A DNA stretch of 56,668 nucleotides, the filler included, from Squatina squatina (Eukaryota): NCBI GenBank assembly GCA_031763465.1. It is 3 parts of 2 records of this genome, joined end to end, with 100 filler letters (N's around TTAATTAATTAA, not from the genome) between each part and the next. Parts side by side here need not be neighbours in the genome. Positions count along the whole stretch, not along the records: positions 42,408 to 56,668 come from JARFOE010000168.1; 2 more parts are not named here. One strand, written 5' to 3'. The notes under the pieces were generated by a model. It made no database searches. It worked only from the letters and a program-made list of their open reading frames with translations, and was not told the origin of the DNA. This document shows, piece after piece, positions 48,652 to 56,668 of this stretch; within the stretch, counting starts at the first letter, position 1, and every line of letters starts with the position of its first letter. The position numbers were made by a program, and so were the translations under genes.

Positions 48652-48930
48652 ATCATAGAGTCATACAGCACAGAAAGAGGCCATTGAACCCATCATGCCT
48701 GTGCCGGCTCTACAAAGACCTACTCAGTTAGGCTCAATCCCCTGCTCTTTCCCACTAGCTCTTCGTAATATTTTCCTTTTCAAGTAGATATCCAATTCCC
48801 TTCTGAAAGTTACTATTGAACCTGCTTCCACCATCCTTCCAAGCAGTGCATTCCAGATCATAACAACTCACTGCATAAAAAGAATTCTCCTCATCCCCTC
48901 CCCCCTGGTTCTTTTGGTGATTATCTTAAA
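48652..48930 (-). mobile_element. CR1-type LINE 3' end
   Basis: atcatagagtcatacagcacagaaagaggccatt...gaacctgcttccaccatcc...cattccagatcataacaactc. Confidence 0.8.
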
Positions 48931-51249
48931 ATATTTCAGCTTTAGGCCAGATCCCTGCACCAATCTTTGAAATTCACCAGCTGGTACTGGCTGACTTTAG
49001 GTGTGTGAAGAATGATATCCCTAAATATATCCCCCATCTACTTGTGTTTGTCCCCAACCTCTCTTTAAAAAAATAGCTGTTCTATTTATGAGATATTATG
49101 AAACCATTTGCCTCCCAATTTTGCAGGCTCATCAGAGCCTGTTAAAGACACTCCATCCAGAGCTGTCACTACAAAGCAAACCAGTATTTGCAAACAAGTT
49201 TAAAAAAAAAAGTAATTGGCAAGGCAGTTCTTGCGTATATTTGTTACTGATATTCAATCACAACTTCAACAAACACGCAAACCTTTTCAAGGTAAAATGA
49301 AATAGCAGTGAGTTTCTGGTTGCTTACATCAGTTGTTGAGCCTATTTCTCATACACAAATGCAGATACTTTTGCATTAAGGAGACTTTATCATCATGAAA
49401 AGAAACATTGCAAGACAGAATTTCACGAGGCCAGTTAACAGGTATGCAGCTTGCTTAAAATTGCATAATTTTCACAACCATCTTTGGATGGTCCGAAAGA
49501 TGTGATCTAATTTAATTGCAAACTAGAAATGTTTCAAAGCATTATTTAGGTTATTGCTACATCCGAATTCTTCGAAACTTGCCTCTTCTAAGATTCTTAC
49601 TTTGTTTACAGTTTATTTGGAGAGTTATTTAATGGAGCAGTAAATTGCCTGTGGTGATGCTCACAGTCACTTGATGAATACAAGGAGGTCTTTTATGTTC
49701 AAGACGATAGTTGCCTGAGACACCTGAGAAACTCACTCCACAGTGCCACCTAGTGGTTAGAGCATCCTAGAACCAGCATAGGGCAACCAATGGGGAAGAA
49801 GGTGGGCACTGGAGTAGAGTCCATGGTCACTGAAGGTAGGTGACCTCCCTCTGGCCCTGCAGACTCTGGAGGGGTCTGTGGCAGAGGTCACTGGTGGGCA
49901 CAATCCCGGCGTGAGTATCGAGATCAAGTAGCCGTGGATATTTGGGACCTCAANNNNNNNNNNNNNNNNNNNNNNNNNNNNNNNNNNNNNNNNNNNNNNN
50001 NNNNNNNNNNNNNNNNNNNNNNNNNNNNNNNNNNNNNNNNNNNNNNNNNNNNNCCACTTTCTAAACTTAAATTACAATTTCCATGATTAGAATGACTCAG
50101 AAACCTCCACATTATCCTAAGAATCGTACTTACATCACAACATGATAATTACTAAAGTGGTAAGGATGTAATTATTCAACTGTGTCATTTTTTTTGAGAC
50201 CATGTGTACATTAAAGTTAGTGACCATTTAAAATTTTAGTTCCGAAGCAATATCTGCCTCGCTCGTTCGCTCTCCGATATTTGTAAGTCTGACAAAGCAT
50301 CAGGAAGGAGGAAAGTGCCCAGCCCCAATTTTAGCAAGCCTACAAGCAAAGTCAAAAAGCCTTACCTGCTGGGCCTCTTCTTCTCTGGAATCTTCTTCAC
50401 GCTGTCTTCAGGAAAGCCACAAGGGCTGCCTCACTCAGGCCACAGTTAAAATTTCACTCAGGGCCCGATGATGTCATCTTCACAGTTACAGAGGGACCCC
50501 AAATGGCTTCACGCGGACGTCCTTGCCGCCTGCTCAGAAGAGCAGATTAAAATTGAAGACAGCAGGATCTGTGTAGGGTGTCAGCTGGCAAGTCATCCGG
50601 CTGATGTTAACTGCCCGTCCGCCCAGTTTCTGCCAGCCGGCTATGGTTGAATTTGCCCCTCTCATGACTGAAATGCTCCTCCAAGATGAGCACATTTCAT
50701 AGTTTCTGCCAATACCTACCTCTGCTGAAAATCTATTTTTACTACGATAATGTAGTCTCAGAGTATTTTTAAATATTTTTTTTTTCCTCACACAGAGTGA
50801 CAGAGAAAATCTTTAAATAGATGCCACATTGACAGGAAATCTGACATTTTGACAGATTGTGATGCAGAGCTATTTTTAGTTAAATAGTGTAATTTTGTTA
50901 TATACTCAAAGAAGTCTCCAATTCTTCACATCAGGAAGGCAAAGAAAATTCTTACTATAATGGCATGTAGAGAGTAAATGCTTTTCAATAGAGCTTGAAC
51001 TATCTGAACCTATTGCTGGACTCTCTCTACATGTTGGGTTTTTAAATGACGTCTCCTGCTGAAGGGCAGGTTTCCTATGACTGTTAAGCTTTCTTGCCTC
51101 TCTGAGGAACTATCTGGACTGCAGTAACCAATATCATGAACATTAGCAATGAATTGATTACATTATTTTCTTTTAAATGTTTTAATGAATTCTTTGTGCT
51201 CTCAGAGGAGAGGGTGGTTAGTGCTAAGAAATGGAACACGTTTCCATTT

Positions 51250-51548
51250 CTGGAATAGACCAGGAATAGAGCAAAGCTCCTTCAACTTACCCCCAACAAC
51301 ATGCTTTAACATAAGCCTTAGCAGACCACCTGATACTTATCCCAGTGTGACAGTTCCATTTCCCAAACAAGCCTTGCGGCCTCTCACAGTGAGGTTAGCA
51401 ATTTGTATCAAACTATGCTGTGAACCAATGCCTGCTGGGATATGGGTTGAGACAACCCAGACTTATTTCAATTTAGGAGTCTTACAGCTGACATAAAGAA
51501 CCTTTCCATCCTATTAGCCTGGGTTAGGTTTGAAACCAGGGGTAAGAA
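51250..51548 (-). mobile_element. LF-SINE-like SINE, second more diverged copy
   Basis: Minus strand ctggtttcaaacct...ctgtaagactcctaaattgaaataagtctgggttgtctcaaccca...aaattgctaacctca...tttgggaaatggaa is collinear with 25285-25500. Confidence 0.55.
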
Positions 51549-54303
51549 GATTGTCTTCTAACAGTCTGTGTTATGGGGAGCACTATTATCTAGATTTTGA
51601 TTCGGATACATTCAGTCATTTTTCCAACCACTCTCCTGGCATTCTTCACCTAAATGCACATTACAACATTCAATAGCTGATCTATTCAGGTGCTAGATGA
51701 TTTTACTGTTTACTCTGCTTCTTACTGGTTTTTCTCTTTCCCTAAGTATGGTACAATAGAAATATTTTGCAGGAACATATTCACTGCAGCAAAATAGAAA
51801 GGCATTGAAGGAGAGTTAGCTATTACTTAACAGCCAGCGCCGAGTGGCATTTCATAACCTCTGTGAAATGACATTTAAATTATAGAACATCACATTATTG
51901 ACACTGTGCTACTTTGTTCTTTTGAGTTGTCCAATCATTCTAAATCACTTGATTGTTAAGTTATTTTACTGAGGGCTGGGGATAATAACTATATTGATCC
52001 TTGGCCCAGACCCTGAGCGATTTAATTGGAGCTACCCAAGCTTCGAAGGAAACGACTGTAAGAAACTTACCTCATTTCCAATATTAGCACCTGAATTAAG
52101 ACCCAATGTCATCTCCAGATTGTAGTTCGTGAAAGGCTTGCGTTGCTTTTATTGTTCCAATTCTTTTAAATGATTCTTTTAAAACAGAAATTGCTAGAAC
52201 CACCCAGCAGGTCAGTCAGTATTTGAAAAAGAAAGAAGGCTAATATCTTCAATGAGAGCTGTCATTTTAACTAGTTTGTCCAATGTTTATATCAAGGTTT
52301 GGTATTAACTCTTCCAATGCAAGTTAGATATAGCTCTTAAGGCTAAAGTGATCAAGGGATATGGGGAGAAAGCAGGGACAGGGTACTGAATTTGGAAGAT
52401 CAGCCATAATCTCATTGAATGGCGGAGCAGGCTCNNNNNNNNNNNNNNNNNNNNNNNNNNNNNNNNNNNNNNNNNNNNNNNNNNNNNNNNNNNNNNNNNN
52501 NNNNNNNNNNNNNNNNNNNNNNNNNNNNNNNNNNACCAGAAGTGCGCGTGTGCGGCACTGACACCATTTGTCTCAAAAGGGCACCCATAATGCCGAAAAA
52601 TCAGGCGCTACGGATCCAGATTTCTTGCCTATAGGTTTTAAGCAACATTTTAAAGGAGGAGCAGGGAGGTGGAGAAGCAAAAAGGCTTGGGGAGGGACTT
52701 CCAGAGCTCTGGGCCTAGATAGCTGAAGTCACAGCCGCCAATGGTGGAGCGAAGGAAGTGAGGAACACAGAGGTCTCGAAGGAACCTTTTGTTCCTCTTG
52801 TGATCACAAATCATTTTGGAGCTGACACATTTATAAATGTTTACTATAATTTGCAAAAGTTCATATTATCACAGATATTGAATATAGTTACACTCAGCCC
52901 ACAAAGCTCTCTCAAAATATGAGGAATGGAAAATTTATGCCAATAAATGGATTCATCTTGTGCACAACAGGATAAAACAAACTTGATCACACTTGTGTAT
53001 ATGCAATGATGCCTGGAGTTTCCATGGAAACCAAAGTGATTAGTGTAAGTGATGGCTGACATTGTGAGGCCTTGTTTCATGCATTCACTCGCACCAGCTC
53101 CTGAAGTAACATGACACGTGGTAAAAAAAAAAGTTCCAAGAATATCTCTGAGCTGCATGAAACCAAAACTAGGAAAGTGGACAAGGCAACTCTGAATTCA
53201 GAGTGCTTTCCAGTTTCTGGAGTTTTTGCACATTTATGCTGGCCTTATTCCATCCAAATTTCATGCAGAGCGATCGATAGGCACACAGTTGCTCTCTTTG
53301 GGAAATCCATATAAAACTTGCTGACTTTGGTTCAGTTCAGTAACAAGTTTGTTCATCCCTACTTTAACTCACTTTCTGTAGGAGAAGCTTACATAATTAA
53401 GCAGCACCTGGTAGAAGACAGAATCTCGGCTTGAAAACTGTGTTTATCTGAACTACGCTGCTTCGGTAGAATTAAACTAAATTATCGGGTTCAGCATTAA
53501 GTCTTTAAGTTTTCAGGCAGGAGAATAAATCTTTGGTACTGAGTCGCTGTTGTTCTGACATCTGGGGAGGAAGAATAATCATTTTAGCTGCTGGGGTCTT
53601 ACCTAGTTCAATAGTAGGATATACACTCATCCTGAGTAAGCATTATGTTTAGGCACTTAGTCAACATTAGCTGGCTCAGTCTTTCAGTAAGTTTTATTTT
53701 TAAATAATAGCATTGTCATTAAGAAGCCTTTACTATAATTTTCTTTATAATAGGTAATAATTAAGTCTGCTAAAGTGCAGGTTTTGGGGCACCAAGATAT
53801 TACAATAGTGGAGTTTGGGCTATATTCAAACTAGCATAATTTATCTTCTATTTGTGGGAATTCCCACATCATGTACACATTGCGCAGTACCTCCAACAAA
53901 TAATTGTTGATTTGAGCCCCAGTCTGTGATGTCTCATTGAAGTCAGGTATGCCTGAGGCAACAAAAAACATGAATTGTAAGAATGTAGACAGGCAGATTT
54001 GACTATGAGATTAGCATTCTCCCGCATAATCAAATATTTATATATTCTTGACTCATACTATACCTATATATTTCTGGCCCCGTGTCTAACAAGCAAAACA
54101 CAATCCTGTACTTTAAAGGCAAGGAATTATGTGACATAGATTTTAGCTTCTATAGTACAAGGAGAAACTGGAAATACTTAAACTTAATCCTTAAGCATAT
54201 GGAAAATATGAAAAAATATGGCTTGGATCCTTCCTGGGCTAGCTTGCTACTATGGGAAAAGTCTGAAGGGTGGACAAAGATTTGCCTTTAATTCCTCAGA
54301 TTA

Positions 54304-54590
54304 TGGGGTGGAAATTCCTTTAGGCCCATTTTTGGGCAGCAGCCCAGATTATTGTATTGCGTCTAAAGGAGCAGGAGTTCTCCTCCTGGCCCCACAAAAA
54401 CAATGTAACCTTCAACTCCATCGCCAGTGAAGCTGGTCGGAGACTGCACACCGCATGCTCCAAATAGTTATATCCTAAGATTGCAGTCAGGTTCCTAGGT
54501 ATGTCATGGGAGCAGAAAGTCTACCAGTCCTATTTAGAGACCATTAATGCTTTGTTAACGCTGATTTCGGCAAGTTAAAATTGACCCCAG
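54304..54590. mobile_element. Short non-autonomous DNA transposon (MITE-like)
   Basis: Imperfect terminal inverted repeats tggggtggaaatt ... aaaattgacccca; similar termini at 44583-44697. Confidence 0.4.
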
Positions 54591-56668
54591 CAGGTTCCTC
54601 TTCTCGGCTTCCTCAAGCCTGACATCCCATTCCAGCCTACCAGCTAGCTGCCACTTCCTACTGTGTTTGGTTGTGACTGAAGAGTCCTATGCAGAAGCAG
54701 CCTGGAAGGTAAAATCTCCTGGGTCTCTCGCTGCAGTGGTCCAGGCTGTTTGCCATCAACCTAACCCCTCGCCCGCACAACTCCCATCCTCCCAGTTAAG
54801 ATCATACCTAAAGTATCCTGTCCAAGTACATGAACGAACAAGAAGAAAAGTAGCCGAGAGGAGCTTGAAAGGGACAAACCTGCATGTAGCCCAAGCACTT
54901 AAACACTAGTGTTTGGTCACACTTCTTATTAAAATAACTTCTGTTACCCATTCTGCCAAAGGGAAGGAGTCATCATAGATGGATGTCAATGTATCAAACC
55001 TTTCTACTCAGTCCAGCGGCCAAGGAAAGGCAACGACACATCCACAAACATCCTCTTAAATTAAAAATACTTTTTTGTTACCCTGATATTCTCAGTAAAT
55101 ATGACCTTTCTGTTTCGCAATTGGAGAGCATACACTGATATCCTTTGGTACCATTGGATGTGATGCCCAAGTCCTATCTTTACCAACCTGGCACTGATTC
55201 AATGCCTATTGCTGTTTCAGGCTTTTAATGAGAAGTGCAAAACCACAGCCAATCTTCATGAGTTAGGAAATAGAAGCCCCACTACATTACGCAGTAGTAG
55301 TCCAATAGTCCTGACAGAACCCTTCTTAATTCTCCACTGATTTGAGATGGTTGCATCTTCTGAAAAGATGCACCTGTCATGACTCACGATCATCATAAAT
55401 AGGTGACATCTCAGCACTATCAGAAATAACCTGGGTCACATTTATTTTTAAATCATAAGCATCATGAGATCAGTCATAAGTGCTTTTTTATTAACCACCA
55501 AGATGAAGAATATTTTTAAAAAGCACTCAAAAAGTTGCAATAAAACCAGTAAAATGACTTTGTTTCTGGCTGCACCTGACAATCTGATTGTAATTTGAAA
55601 AGAGCCTCTGAATAAGCGCAATTGCGGAAAACTCGCACATAAAGCTCCTGAACCTGGGAACNNNNNNNNNNNNNNNNNNNNNNNNNNNNNNNNNNNNNNN
55701 NNNNNNNNNNNNNNNNNNNNNNNNNNNNNNNNNNNNNNNNNNNNNNNNNNNNNNNNNNNNNGGTACGTGTATCTCTCCTGTTAGATTCCATATAGCGGTC
55801 AGCTCCTTCCTCGAGAGGCACAAACCTGAAGTAATAGAGCTCCACGTATCTCTGACACCTGCCATGCTGGCTGTCCAGACTGCTATAATGGACATAATGA
55901 ATGCCTGCTTGAAAGAACTTAAACGCTACAACCCATCTTTGGATGTTGAGGAACTATCTCTTGAGAATGCTGTTGGGAAGTCATTTGAAAAGGTTTGTGA
56001 TTCTGAATTTTTTTAAGAAGAAAAATGGGTTTTGGTCTCCACATCCTGTTCCCTGACTAAAAGGAATGTTACCAGGACTCAGCAAGTGATGCTCCTGGGG
56101 CCACTGCTGGTGGATGGCCTGGAGTTGCTTGGGGTGATATTACCTCCATTTTCCATTTTTCCCCATTGTTTTAGTGAGCTCTTTAATAACTGGATTTCTA
56201 AGCTCCAGGACAGCATTGAAGAGGTATGTATATGCCAAGTATGAACATTTCTCTCTCAACACTAATTTTACATTTTCAACATTTCCAATGATTCACAACC
56301 TGAAGGAATGAAACTCCACATTTGTACTTGTTAACTTTCAGTGCCTGAAGTTGACTGGCAGTCGTTAACACTTGTCACGTTGTGAAAAGGGTATTTACGC
56401 TTGGAATTACTAACCCTAAATATCTTGTTCATATTTACCGTGCAAATACAGCAACTTCATGCCATTCAATGCATGCCAATGGTGAGGCAGACAGCAAAAT
56501 GCAGGTTTTGCAAAGCTAACGGTGGAGCGGCATAACTCGGACGGCAATTTTTACATATTTGCATTTTAAGTGCGCATCTGCCCCTCGCCCGAAGTTGCTG
56601 TATCATTTGCGCATAAATAACAGCCAGCGACAGGAGCCTCACCATTATTTTGACCGCAAAATCAAGCC

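Noticed and set aside
26534-56668. SKIL, CLDN11 or SLC7A14 exons expected after PRKCI
   Set aside because: No recognisable peptide; the listed short ORFs are repeat-derived, span gaps or look random.

Overview
Vertebrate genomic DNA, most likely a cartilaginous fish (inferred from the CR1/L2/DeuSINE/Penelope repeat set and the fish-type V2R genes). It is a fragmented scaffold: ~1-6 kb contigs joined by 100-N spacers, two of which carry a synthetic TTAATTAATTAA linker, so real distances are strongly compressed. From left to right: the last exon of an Ig-domain gene (+); pieces of at least four minus-strand V2R/OlfC (class C GPCR) chemoreceptor genes, one with exons 3-6 contiguous; then isolated exons of SAMD7 (+), SEC62 (+), PHC3 (-) and PRKCI (+), in the same order and orientation as human 3q26.2. 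The last 30 kb is mostly non-coding and repeat-rich, with a few orphan exon candidates and a likely 3' end. I cannot demonstrate a new biological system. The best leads are an apparently intact minimal hammerhead ribozyme in a Penelope-type repeat (26339-26375, -), a GC-rich V2R with altered ligand-pocket residues and lost cysteines, several LF-SINE-like and AmnSINE2-like ancient SINE copies, a 76-nt hairpin made by an inverted minisatellite unit, and a 27-nt microexon candidate. Gene and repeat names come from recalled sequences, not database searches.
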